From the NCBI GenBank assembly GCA_965261345.1, contig OZ253449.1:864001-928000 (forward strand): a DNA stretch of 64,000 bases. Reading direction: 5' to 3'. Position numbers and translations under genes: made by a program. Source of the stretch: Chloroflexota bacterium. Its GTDB lineage: Bacteria; Chloroflexota; UBA11872; VXNJ01. Shown piece by piece: positions 9,300 to 19,985 of the stretch (position 1 is the first letter of the stretch; each line of letters starts with the position of its first letter). The notes beneath the pieces were generated by a model, which had not been told where the DNA came from, ran no database searches, and saw nothing but the letters and a program-made list of their open reading frames with translations.

Positions 9300-11232
9300 T
9301 TCGCGGTAGGAACACCGGTTACCCGGTGCCCCCCGCACGGATCCCGGCGTGCGCGTTAACGCACCGGGCTCTTAGCTTGAGTGTTTGACGGCAAAACGGT
9401 CGGCGGGCCATGGGTGGAGGATGGAGACGGTTGGGAGATGGGCAGTGCTCAATGCGCGCAGGCGCCCCCATGGGAATCGATCATGCTGCGACCGGCGGCG
9501 CAGGCTGCGTAACCACTGGCGCTCGAGTTCATATTTGAAACTCCTCAGGTACGTGGAGCTGGTTGGGACGGCGTAATAGCCGAGCCAGCCCCGCAGCACC
9601 AACCCGAGCCATTGCCCGGTCTGCGCGGGCGTCGTGCATGCGCATGCGTAGTCGTTCCTTGATCGCCTTCAGGGTGCGTCTGACGCGCTTGGCGATGGGC
9701 TTGCGTCCCAGTCCGAACTTTCCGTTGCTCATCGTCCGGCAGTAATGCGTTAGGCCGAGGAAGTCAAAAGTCTCCGGACGGCTGTCGTTACGCTGGCGGC
9801 GATTCTCGATCGCGTATCTGCCGAACTCGATCAGGCGGGTCTTGTGGGCTGCAAGCTCTAATCCGTACTCTTCTAGCCTGTCTCGCAAATCCTTTGCAAA
9901 TCTGACCGCATCGCTGCGGTACTCAAATCCCAGGACGAAGTCATCGGCATACCTGACGATGTAGACCTCGCCGCTGGCCCTTTTGGGTCGCCATTCCTTG
10001 GCAAACCATGAGTCCAGGACTTTGTGCAGGTACACGTTGGCAAGCAGCGGCGATATCGGCGCCCCTTGCGGTGTTCCCTGCACGCTGTCGGATAGTTCTC
10101 CGGCTTCCATTACTCCGGTGCTCAGCCATTTGCGGATTAGGCGCAGGACGCGGTTGTCTCCGATTCGCTCTCCCAGGAACGAGATGAGTCGCTCGCGGTC
10201 GAGATGGTCGAAGAAGCCTTTTATGTCGGCGTCAAGAATCCAGTTGACTTTTCTCCGTTCGATGGCGTAGGCCAGGGCGTCCAGCGCGTCGTGCGCTGAT
10301 CTTTTTGGCCGGAACCCGTATGCGAACCCGGCGAACTCCGATTCATAGATCGGGTCAAGGATCTGTTGACACACCGCCCGCTGCAGGATCTTGTCCTCTA
10401 TGGATGCGATTCCAAGCGCTCGCTTCCCGCCGTCCGGTTTGGGTATCGCTACCCGCAGGACGGGGGTCGCTCGGTATGCTCCTTTGTGCACGCGGTCTTT
10501 AAGGTCGAGAAGTTTCTCTTCCAGGTTTTCCTCGTACATCCTCCACGTGATCCCGTCGGCGCCGGGAGCGGCATTGGGTTTTAGCCCGTAGAACGCATCC
10601 CTTAGCGCGTCAAGGTCTATGTGGTGTAAGAGCGCGGTGAGTTTTCCCTCTGGGTTCTCTTTGGCGTGTTGCCGTACGCGTTCGGCTCCGGGTGACACGG
10701 GAACCCACCCCTGGGTGTAGTCCGTGCCGGTGCCTGGCGCGTTCCTCTTGCTTGCGGCCCTTTCCTCCGGCGGCTCCGCCGGGGTTTTACGCCCCATTGT
10801 TCGCCGCCTTCGCAGGTACTATGGCCGCATCAGACTTCTGCACATCGTGCATCATCGGCTACGGATACCTCCTTCCCGATGCGGCCCCGGATCTGCGAGT
10901 GAACCGGGGTAATGCGCAGATCTCCCAGTTCCCGGCCCGGGACTTACGTACGTACATGAGTTCTTTGACACCGTCGAGCCCGGCTGACGGCTGGCCATCT
11001 ATTGCCGCCGCCGGTGTTGCCTTCGACAAGATCAAGAGTCTCGGCGCTCGGATCGTCGACAAACCCGATGTTTCGGTGCTCCATAGCTCTGTCCGCACGC
11101 TCCGCTACCGACGCTTCACGGGTAACCTCGCGGTTACCCGCGCACGGCTCGCGGGCTGATGTGGGCTGGCTCTCGCCCTTCATCCCGGGAGACTTTCACT
11201 CCTTGTCCTGGTACCAGTTGGACTGGCTGTTC
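9300..11232 (-). mobile_element. Group II intron (class E-like), about 1.93 kb
   Basis: DV GAGCCCGGTGCGTTAACGCGCACGCCGGGATC and DVI ...CCTACCGCGAA at 9300-9371; 5' domain GGAGTGAAAGTCTCC. EBS1 UGAUCU (11029-11034) is complementary to the exon end AGATCA (11233-11238). Confidence 0.9.
9372..10698 (-). pseudogene. ltrA: Group II intron reverse transcriptase/maturase (no En domain), one frameshift near 9625
   Basis: IPKPDGGKRALGI, YGFRP, DADIKGFFD, GTPQGAPISPLLAN, RYADDF and FDFLG; continues in ORF 9372..9602 (LRGWLGYY...ILHPWP). Confidence 0.9.
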
Positions 11233-11284
11233 TGATCTGTTCGGGCGAGTACTTTCTTTTCGGGCTGTCCCCTTGTATGCAAAT

Positions 11285-11425
11285 GGGAAGTCCCGGGTGC
11301 TAGGGCGCCTGTACCTTGGTCCATTGAGACCGTTTTAAAGCACGCTCGCCGCACCCGGATCTCCCGGCGCATAGACCCCGAACAATTGCTCGGTGGGCTC
11401 TAGACCCCGTATTCGCAAGGAAGGG
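11285..11425 (+). ncRNA. IS110 bridge RNA #2 (target- and donor-binding loops; boundaries approximate)
   Basis: Donor guide ACAATTGCT (11382-11390) equals the right end 12598-12606 at 9/9. GCAAG (11415-11419) pairs with CTTGT. Target guides are CCTGTACCT and AAAG. Confidence 0.8.
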
Positions 11426-11460
11426 CGTAGCGTCGGGAGTAACTATAGGGAGTTTTACAT

Positions 11461-12377
<917 letters not shown>

Positions 12378-12606
12378 ACGCCGGGCAGGTCCGATCGCTC
12401 TTGCGGGCAAGGTCCCTGGCGAAGCCATGCCCGGGATCGGGCTATTGCGGCGATTACGCATCCGGTTATCGCCTGTCGATCGGGCTGCGGTCACTATGAA
12501 CCGCGGTCGGGGCGCTGGATCCCGGGAGACTTTCACTCTATCCTCCCCTTTCTCCTGGACCCCTCTGACCCCACCTCTGCCGGAATTGACAATCAAGACA
12601 ATTGCT

Positions 12607-12876
12607 TTCGTTGGAACCAGATTATTCACATTCCCTCTGGTACCAATGAGGGGGAGCCGGCCAATACCGCCGGAGTTGGGCAACCTCGCCAAGGTGGAAT
12701 CATTGTCCTTCGCTGGAAATCACCTGACCGGGGAGATACCGCCGGAGTTGGGCAATCTTGCCAATCTGGAATCGCTGAATTTCGCCGGTAACCAGTTGAG
12801 CGGGTGCGTACCGGGAAGCTTGCAAGACCAATTGGAATTGGAATCTACCTATCTGGGTGATCTGGAGTTTTGCTGA
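12607..12876 (+). pseudogene. C-terminal remnant of a plant-type LRR protein
   Basis: IPPELGNLAKVESLSFAGNHLTGEIPPELGNLANLESLNFAGNQLSGCVP...LGDLEFC*; no N-terminus is present. Confidence 0.8.
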
Positions 12877-12894
12877 GGTTCTGCCCTCGAAAAC

Positions 12895-13046
12895 GGTTCC
12901 CTCGCATGCGCAGGGATTTACTCACCGCTCGCGGGAAGCGGCCGCTTCTTTTACAACGTTCCCTCGCGCGCGCAGCGGATAGACGCAGCGGCCCGCATTC
13001 ATCCGATATTTGGCGTGGGTTCCGCCGCAAGCGCGGGGGAAGGCCG
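12895..13046 (+). CRISPR. Degenerate orphan type I-E-like mini-array (3 repeats, 2 spacers)
   Basis: GGTTCCCTCGCATGCGCAGGGATTTACTC (12895), CGTTCCCTCGCGCGCGCAGCGGATAGACGC (12957) and GGTTCCGCCGCAAGCGCGGGGGAAGGCCG (13018); period 62/61 nt. No cas genes in the window. Confidence 0.6.
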
Positions 13047-13167
13047 CAATCGATTGAGACAACGCGCGATGAGCGGCTGGATGATAGCCTTTAGAGCCCG
13101 CGCGCCGGCACTGCAATCGGCGACGGGAAACCCAATCGAGTGACGCGGTCAAAAAGAGGCAACTTTC

Positions 13168-13581
13168 ATGCGGAACTTGAAGCTAGTCCTTTTTGCGGTT
13201 TGCATGGCCGTTGCGTTGGCCATCGGCGGCTGCGGCGAAGGCCTGGAGGGTTCGGGTGAACATGGAGGCAGACAAGAGTCGGCCGACGGCGACGAGGAAT
13301 CCGGCACTCAATACGGACTAAACGACGAGTTCGAGCAGATTCGTTCAGGTGCCAGGTTGATGCTCTCTTACGACCAGTCCACCAATGCCTTCACCGGAAT
13401 CGTGGAGAACACGACCGGCAGCACCCTGGGGCAGGTGAGAGTTGAGGTTCATCTCTCCAATGGGATCGAACTGGGCCCGACTACGCCGATCAATCTGGGT
13501 CCCGCCGAGATGGTACCGGTAGAGTTGCCGGCTGGCAACCAACCCTTTGAAACGTGGAGCGCCCACGCTGAAGTCGGTTAG
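13168..13581 (+). CDS. Lipoprotein with small Ig-like (FxLYD-like) domain
   Basis: RBS GAGG, lipobox IGGC and FTGIVENTT...VRVEVHLSNG.ELGP. Confidence 0.7.
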   Translation: MRNLKLVLFAVCMAVALAIGGCGEGLEGSGEHGGRQESADGDEESGTQYGLNDEFEQIRSGARLMLSYDQSTNAFTGIVENTTGSTLGQVRVEVHLSNGIELGPTTPINLGPAEMVPVELPAGNQPFETWSAHAEVG

Positions 13582-13868
13582 GTTGTCACCTGGAAGTACT
13601 TGCATTTGAGGTCACCTAGATGCAGTCAATAGATCGCCGGTTGGCCCCGCCGGGTCACAGCCCGGCCGGTTTTTACACCGCCAATTCCGGCTGCTTCGAT
13701 GCCAATCGCCGAACGAAGCCGCCAATGAGTTCGGTAGCGCCCGATCTGGCCCGCCAGCGCGCTGAATCAATAGGGGACCTCGGCCGGATACCCGCGTCGC
13801 AAGTGACCTAGGTCCGGACCCCAGAATTCGTTGGCGCGGATTTCGGGACAAATTAACTGACCCACTGC

Positions 13869-15470
13869 ATGAGTTCTAACCAACCAACCGTGGGCTCCGA
13901 GCAAAGCCCCAACCGAGGCGAGGAAGGTACCGGTTGGCAGTTTCCAAAGAGCCTCATCCGGTTGCAGGCCCTGGAGCCGTATCTGATCGTCTTCGTGGCC
14001 AGCGCGGTCACCCTGATCATCGAGATCGTGGCCGCCCGGATCCTCGCTCCGCACATCGGCGTCTCGGTGTACACCTGGACCAGCGTCATCGGAGTCATAC
14101 TCGCCGGAATCAGCGCCGGCAATTGGTTGGGCGGAATCCTGGCCGACCGCGCCGCGTCCCGTACCAACCTCGGCCTCATCCTATTGGCGGGCGCCGGAGC
14201 CACTCTGCTGATTCTGCCGGTTGCCCAATTGGCGCCGGGTTGGGTTTCGGCGGTACCGCTGCTGCCACGCATCGTTCTGCTCACAACCATGCTCTTTATG
14301 GCCCCGGCTTTGATCCTGGGGATGGTTTCACCAATGGTCATAAAACTGACCCTGAGCGACCTGGCGGCGGCTGGAAACGTGGTCGGACGGATTTACGCAA
14401 TCTCCACTGCCGGCGCCATCCTGGGGGTATTTTTAACTGGGTTCGTGCTAATCCAAGCATTGGGGTCGCGCGAAACCGTGCTCGCGGTTGCGATTGTTAC
14501 CGCCCTTTTGGCAGTGCTGGCGGGCCGGCTCTGGCGGGCCTTCGCCAAGAGCTCGATCAGCCTACTGATATTGATCGCCTTGGCGATTTTTACCTGGACC
14601 CAGGACCCCCTCGCCTCACTGTGCGTTGCCGAGAGCAATTACTTTTGCATTCGCGTGTCGGAAAAGCAGTTGGAGGACGATTCGACGGTGATGGTCCTAG
14701 CGCTTGACCGGCTAGTTCACAGTTATTCCCGTCCGGAGGACCCGACCTACCTCCACTACGGTTATCAGCATGTATTCGCAAGCGTCGCCGAAATGATCGC
14801 CAATAAAAAGCCGGACTTTAGTTCGCTGTTTATCGGCGGAGGGGGTTACGAACTTCCGCGCTACCTCGACGCAGTTCATCCTCAGAGCTCGATCGACGTC
14901 ATCGAAATCGACCCGGAGGTAACCGCCACCGCGCACCGCTACCTTGGCCTGGACGCGTCAAACCGGGTAATTACCCACAACCGGGACGCCCGCATGGCCC
15001 TGCCGGAAGAATCTGACGGTCATTACGACCTGGTTATCGGCGATGCCTTCAATGACCTATCGGTTCCCTATCACCTCACGACGACCGAGTTCAATCAAGA
15101 GGTCAAGCGCACGCTCAGCGCGGGCGGCGTCTACGCCGTAAACATCGTCGATGCACCGAGTCCGGGCCGATTCCTGCGCGCATTCGTCTATACCCTGCAG
15201 CAATCTTTCGACCATGTGAGTCTGGTCCCCCTATCCAAAGACCTCGGATACAAAAACCGCACGACCACGATTGTCCTGGCGTCCGATCGGCCAATCGGCC
15301 AGGAAGATTTCGATGCCGCCAACAATCGGCTCGGTGCCGAAGAGGATGGCAAGTTGATATCCGCCGACGATCTGGAAACCTGGATGGGGCTTGGGCAGAG
15401 CGTGCTGCTAACTGACAATTACGCGCCGATCGACAACTACTTGGCACCCCTATTTCTCAAGAAATCCTAA
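13869..15470 (+). CDS. Fused MFS-like membrane domain / spermidine synthase-like SAM-dependent transferase
   Basis: TM region (EIVAARILAP, GRIYAISTAGAILG) plus IGGGGY, IEIDP, GDAF and LTDNYAP. Confidence 0.9.
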   Translation: MSSNQPTVGSEQSPNRGEEGTGWQFPKSLIRLQALEPYLIVFVASAVTLIIEIVAARILAPHIGVSVYTWTSVIGVILAGISAGNWLGGILADRAASRTNLGLILLAGAGATLLILPVAQLAPGWVSAVPLLPRIVLLTTMLFMAPALILGMVSPMVIKLTLSDLAAAGNVVGRIYAISTAGAILGVFLTGFVLIQALGSRETVLAVAIVTALLAVLAGRLWRAFAKSSISLLILIALAIFTWTQDPLASLCVAESNYFCIRVSEKQLEDDSTVMVLALDRLVHSYSRPEDPTYLHYGYQHVFASVAEMIANKKPDFSSLFIGGGGYELPRYLDAVHPQSSIDVIEIDPEVTATAHRYLGLDASNRVITHNRDARMALPEESDGHYDLVIGDAFNDLSVPYHLTTTEFNQEVKRTLSAGGVYAVNIVDAPSPGRFLRAFVYTLQQSFDHVSLVPLSKDLGYKNRTTTIVLASDRPIGQEDFDAANNRLGAEEDGKLISADDLETWMGLGQSVLLTDNYAPIDNYLAPLFLKKS

Positions 15471-15494
15471 AAGGGGCGCAACTTCTGGCCCTTT
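15469..15494 (+). terminator. Possible intrinsic terminator
   Basis: AAAAGGGGC...GCCCTTT hairpin directly after the stop codon. Confidence 0.4.
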
Positions 15495-15812
15495 CCTATC
15501 TTTGTGCCTGGGGCGATGCCGCAGATGGCTGGAATACGGCAACTAACCGCTAAACCCCCAACAACCGTCCGTTTCGCGGTCGCGCTTTGCCAGAAGATAC
15601 CGCGCGGGGTCTGGCCGGGTCGGTAGCGACGTAGATCAGGTTCAAATCAATGCAATCGCCGCTCGTTCGGGCGTTAGCGGGTTGACCAACAAAAGCTCAA
15701 AAACTCCGGCGCGCCAAAGGCGGCGCCCGGATTCATCGCCCCAACCAGTCCCCCTCGGCTTCTCGCGACTAAGATCAAAATACAAGCGTCCTTCGGCGGG
15801 AATGATTGCCAA

Positions 15813-17021
15813 TTGGCCCTTGCCCAAAACCTGATCGAGGTTGAAGGACTATGGAAGGTATTCGGCGATCGCCCGGAGCGCGTCTTTGAAGCCGACCACT
15901 CAGGGATGAGCCGGACGGACATCCAGAGCCGACTAAACCTGGTCGTAGCGCTCCGCGATGTTTCATTCAGCGTCGCCCCCGGGGAGACGTTCGTGGTAAT
16001 GGGGCTCTCAGGCAGCGGCAAGTCAACCCTGGTGCGCTGTCTGGTCAGGCTTATTGAAGCTTCGAGGGGCCAGATCCGTTTTGCCGGCGAGAACATATTG
16101 GGGTACTCGCCAAGGGAAATGATGGAGTTTCGGCGCGGCAAGGTCGCCATGGTTTTTCAAAGCTATGGGTTGCTGCCGCACCGGCGGGTAATTGACAACG
16201 TTACGTACGGCCTCGAAATTCGAGGCGTGGAAAAGCGGGCCCGCTATCGGGTGGCGGCGGAAGTAATCGAAACCGTGGGGTTGAAGGGCTGGGAGAACTA
16301 CTTGCCCGGTGAAATGAGCGGCGGAATGCAGCAGCGGGTGGGGATCGCCCGCGCACTGGCGGTAAACCCGGATGTCCTGCTCCTGGACGAACCGTTCAGC
16401 GGGCTCGATCCGCTCATTAGGCGGGAAATGCAGGATGAGTTAGTTGCCCTCCAGGCAGAAATGCAAAAGACGGTTGTATTCATTACCCACGACCTGAACG
16501 AAGCGCTAAAAATCGGTGACCGGATCGCGATCATGCGCGATGGCGAAATTGTCCAGGAGGGTTCTCCGGAGGAAATCGTCACCCTGCCGGCCGACGAATA
16601 CGTGTCCGAATTTGTACAGGATGTCCCACGCGCCAAGGTCATCCAAGTTGGTTCGGTGATGCAGGATCCAAAGTCCGTAGTCGGAGACTGGCAGGGGCCG
16701 CGGGTTGCCCTGCACTTGATGCAGAACCACGGTATCGAGAAGATCCTGGTGGTTGGGCGTGACCGACGCCTCAAGGGCTTGCTCACCAAAGAATTGGCCA
16801 AGACCCTGGCCGCCCGCGAAACCGGCAAATTGGCGGATGGGCGGATCGCGCCGGTGGTCAAAACTCGCCCCGAATCCTATATCGAGGAAATCATACCGAT
16901 GGCGGCCCTAAATGAAGGTCCCATCGCGGTCGTCGACGACCAAGAACGCCTGCTGGGCGAACTTCATCCCGGGACCCTGTTGGCGGGTATGGCGGAAAAC
17001 CAGCTGACCGGTCAGGCCTAG
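15813..17021 (+). CDS. proV: Glycine betaine/proline ABC transporter ATP-binding subunit (with CBS domains)
   Basis: GLSGSGKST, MSGGMQQRVG, LLDEPFSGLDPLIRREMQDEL and C-terminal CBS-like region. Confidence 0.93.
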   Translation: MALAQNLIEVEGLWKVFGDRPERVFEADHSGMSRTDIQSRLNLVVALRDVSFSVAPGETFVVMGLSGSGKSTLVRCLVRLIEASRGQIRFAGENILGYSPREMMEFRRGKVAMVFQSYGLLPHRRVIDNVTYGLEIRGVEKRARYRVAAEVIETVGLKGWENYLPGEMSGGMQQRVGIARALAVNPDVLLLDEPFSGLDPLIRREMQDELVALQAEMQKTVVFITHDLNEALKIGDRIAIMRDGEIVQEGSPEEIVTLPADEYVSEFVQDVPRAKVIQVGSVMQDPKSVVGDWQGPRVALHLMQNHGIEKILVVGRDRRLKGLLTKELAKTLAARETGKLADGRIAPVVKTRPESYIEEIIPMAALNEGPIAVVDDQERLLGELHPGTLLAGMAENQLTGQA

Positions 17022-17025
17022 CGCT

Positions 17026-18102
17026 ATGGGAATGAAAAATCTGATGGGCCAACGAAGTGGGGGCGATAGCGTCACTGAAATCAAATCACGACGACCCGGA
17101 CTGTACGCCAAAGCCCGGGATAATGCGTGGGTGATTGGGGCGGTGGCAATAGTTGTGGTACTCATTGCCAGCCTGCAGCTTTGGGGGCCGCAGGCCCAAT
17201 TCCCGACCACGGTCTCGCGTGAGGTCGCCACCGACGGCTCATTTACGCTCGACCGCAGCGTGCGCGATGTTGCCGGCGATGCGATCGATGACGTCGTCAA
17301 ATGGATCACCAGGGAAGGTTCCTGGCTCTTTAACGGCATCAGCACCGCAATTACCTACGCGTTGATCAATATCGAGAGGGTTCTTAAGTGGCTCCCCTGG
17401 CCAGCGGTCGTATTCGGCCTCGCGCTGCTTTCATATGTGGTTGGGCGGTGGCGGTTTCTCGCGTTTACAACCATCGGCCTCCTCTTCGTCGGGTTCATGG
17501 GTCTGTGGCCCAATACCATCGACACCGTGGCGCTGATGGTGGTGGCGGTGGCCATTGCGGTGGCAATCGGCCTGCCGCTAGGGGTAATTGCGACCCGCAG
17601 CGATCTGGCCGACAAACTGATGCGGCCGGTCCTGGACGGGATGCAGACGATGCCGAGCTTCGTCTATCTTCTTCCAGGAATCCTGTTTTTCGGACTGGGC
17701 AAACCGGCCGGGATTTTCGCCACGATCATCTACGCCGTCCCACCGGTGATCCGGCTGACCAATTTGGGGATTCGCCAGGTCTCACCGGGCACGGTTGAGG
17801 CCGCAAGGTCGTTCGGCGCCTCCCCCTGGCAAATTCTGACCAAGGTGCAGATCCCAATGGCCCTGCCGACGATCATGGCTGGAATCAACCAGACGACAAT
17901 GATGGCCTTGGCGATGGTGACAATCGCCAGTCTGGTGGCCGCCGGCGGGTTGGGCGACAACGTGAATCGGGCGCTGCAAAAGAACGAACCGGGCAACGGC
18001 CTGCTGGCAGGTTTAGCGATCGTTTTTCTAGCCATTTTGATTGATCGGCTCACTCAATCGGTAGCCAACCGCGGGCAGGACGCGATTCGCAGCGTCGGCT
18101 GA
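17026..18102 (+). CDS. proW: Glycine betaine/proline ABC permease
   Basis: LDGMQTMPSFVYL, IRLTNLGIRQV, EAARSFGA and AGINQTTMMALAM. Confidence 0.93.
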   Translation: MGMKNLMGQRSGGDSVTEIKSRRPGLYAKARDNAWVIGAVAIVVVLIASLQLWGPQAQFPTTVSREVATDGSFTLDRSVRDVAGDAIDDVVKWITREGSWLFNGISTAITYALINIERVLKWLPWPAVVFGLALLSYVVGRWRFLAFTTIGLLFVGFMGLWPNTIDTVALMVVAVAIAVAIGLPLGVIATRSDLADKLMRPVLDGMQTMPSFVYLLPGILFFGLGKPAGIFATIIYAVPPVIRLTNLGIRQVSPGTVEAARSFGASPWQILTKVQIPMALPTIMAGINQTTMMALAMVTIASLVAAGGLGDNVNRALQKNEPGNGLLAGLAIVFLAILIDRLTQSVANRGQDAIRSVG

Positions 18103-18436
18103 GACGCTCATTAGAAATCTGATTCGGCGGAAGGCGTCGGTCGATCCGGCGCCACGGCGCCTCAACGGCAGCCTGGCAGATATCGGGCGCACGGTCGCCG
18201 CCCGCGCACAGTTCAATGGTCAGGCCCTACGGACCGGCCCTTGCCCGGCGTGAAGATACCAACCGGGCCGATTGACCTTCCTGCCAAACCCCTATCGCGA
18301 TAACTGACTTATTGGGTTTTCGGGCGAGGAATCGATTGGCCCGCCCAATGTGTTAAAACAACTTAGCAGAAGAAATCCCGCTGGCCCGCTAAACGCCAGC
18401 TTTTAAACGGGTCATATGGATGGCGGATACAACGCG

Positions 18437-19528
18437 GTGAACCTGATCGATACCCTGCGGCGGGCCCTCTCGGCCCGGCTGCCACTTCTAAAGCCCCGGT
18501 CAATTGGCGCTAAGGTCGGGATGGTTATCTTGGCGACCTTGATCGCGGCGATTTTTCCGCTGGCCGCATGTGGTGAAAGCGAAACCGAAGAGTCGAAGCC
18601 AACCATCATATTTAGCGACCTGAATTGGAACAGCGCTCAGATGCAGGACCGGATTGCCCAGTACATCGTGGAAAAAGGGTACGGGTATTCAACCGAACTC
18701 GTCTTCGGTGGCACGCTGGCGTTGTTCCAGGGTCTGCGCCGCGGCGACAGCAACGTAACCCTGGAAATTTGGCTGCCCAACCAGGCTGAAGTCTGGGCAG
18801 AGGCGGTGGAAGCCGGCGAGGTGGTTCCGGTGGGGGCCAGCCTGGGCAATGACTGGCAGTCGGCATTCGTAATTCCGGCCTATCTTCAGGAGCAATACCC
18901 AGATCTGGACAGCGTCGAAGACCTAAAGGATGAGCGGTTCAAGCAGTTATTTGCCACGGTGGAGACGGATGGGCGGGCGCGCCTGGTGTCCTGCGTAATC
19001 GGTTGGTCCTGCGAGGAAGCAAACGCCCAGCAGATTGAGGCATACGGTTTGAGCGATCACGTCCACATCGTCAATCCGGGAGACTCGGCCGCCGCCAACG
19101 CCGACCTGTATCGTGCATACGAAAACCGCGAACCGTGGGTCGGTTACCAATGGGGTACCAACGACCCTAATCAGATCCTCGACCTGGTCCGGCTAGAAGA
19201 ACCCGAATACACCGATTTATGCTGGCTGACCACCAAGGCGTGCGGCTACAAGGAAGCCAACATTATCATCGCCGTGCACCCCGATCTGACGGTTGAAGCC
19301 CCGGACGTGGTGGCGATGCTGCGGGCCTGGAATCTTGGAATTCCCGAGTACCAAAAAGCCCTCGCTTGGATGCTGGACAACCCCGGCGCCGAAATCAACG
19401 ATGCCGCCCTATGGTGGTTGAGCAACAATTCCGACGTTTGGACCAGTTGGGTTACCCCGGAGGCCGCCGAGGCGATCGAGGAAGCACTAGCCAACGACGA
19501 AATCCCGGCCGGTTGGCCAGTGGAGTAG
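18437..19528 (+). CDS. proX: Glycine betaine ABC substrate-binding lipoprotein
   Basis: Lipobox LAAC, SDLNWNSA, EIWLPN and CVIGWSC. Start is uncertain (18416 or 18437). Confidence 0.85.
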   Translation: MNLIDTLRRALSARLPLLKPRSIGAKVGMVILATLIAAIFPLAACGESETEESKPTIIFSDLNWNSAQMQDRIAQYIVEKGYGYSTELVFGGTLALFQGLRRGDSNVTLEIWLPNQAEVWAEAVEAGEVVPVGASLGNDWQSAFVIPAYLQEQYPDLDSVEDLKDERFKQLFATVETDGRARLVSCVIGWSCEEANAQQIEAYGLSDHVHIVNPGDSAAANADLYRAYENREPWVGYQWGTNDPNQILDLVRLEEPEYTDLCWLTTKACGYKEANIIIAVHPDLTVEAPDVVAMLRAWNLGIPEYQKALAWMLDNPGAEINDAALWWLSNNSDVWTSWVTPEAAEAIEEALANDEIPAGWPVE

Positions 19529-19740
19529 GTTTTAGCCGCGCACCGGCCGCGGTACGGACCAATCTGAGGCATTGTTCGACGGCTGCGGGGTATGCACCGT
19601 CGAACAATGCCGGGTGGTAAATCCTCCAGGACCATTCGCGCAGACGACCGAGGCCGGGAGCATTCCGCTACAGTTGGCCGGGCAAGCATCGACTGGCTCT
19701 CCCGCCCGCGCGAAATTCCCTAATATGGATTGCGATATGC

Positions 19741-19815
19741 GGCGGGGTAGCTCAGCGGTAGAGCAGGAGATTCATAAGCTCTTGGCCGTCGGTTCGATTC
19801 CGACCCCCGCTACCA
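19741..19815 (+). tRNA. tRNA-Met (CAT), elongator
   Basis: GGCGGGG...CCCCGCT-ACCA cloverleaf with anticodon loop TTCATAA; position 1-72 is paired. Confidence 0.9.
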
Positions 19816-19870
19816 GCGGGTTGCGGCTCTGGCACGGCCTAAACCGTTGGCCATTGATTTGCAAAATTTA

Positions 19871-19957
19871 GCCGAAGTGGCGGAACTGGCAGACGCGCGG
19901 CGTTCAGGGCGCCGTGCCCGTACGGGCGTGTGGGTTCGAATCCCACCTTCGGCACCA
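19871..19957 (+). tRNA. tRNA-Leu (CAG)
   Basis: Anticodon arm CGGCG-TTCAGGG-CGCCG, long variable arm and CCA end. Confidence 0.95.
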
Positions 19958-19985
19958 ATCACTGCAACGGACAGGGAAGGGCATC

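Noticed and set aside
9372-10797. RT as a retron, DGR or CRISPR-associated/defence RT
   Set aside because: It has group II RT0-7 plus X domains, canonical DV/DVI directly after the stop and an EBS1-IBS1 match; no msr-msd or TR/VR pair was seen.
9179-11383. ~120-nt imperfect repeats flanking the intron read as LTR-like terminal repeats
   Set aside because: They are better explained as left ends of two different IS110 elements, each with guides matching its own flanks.
13755-13868. c-di-AMP (ydaO) riboswitch-like start GCGCTGAATC..GGGGACC
   Set aside because: The downstream conserved CCGUCAGCUAACC/pseudoknot elements are absent.
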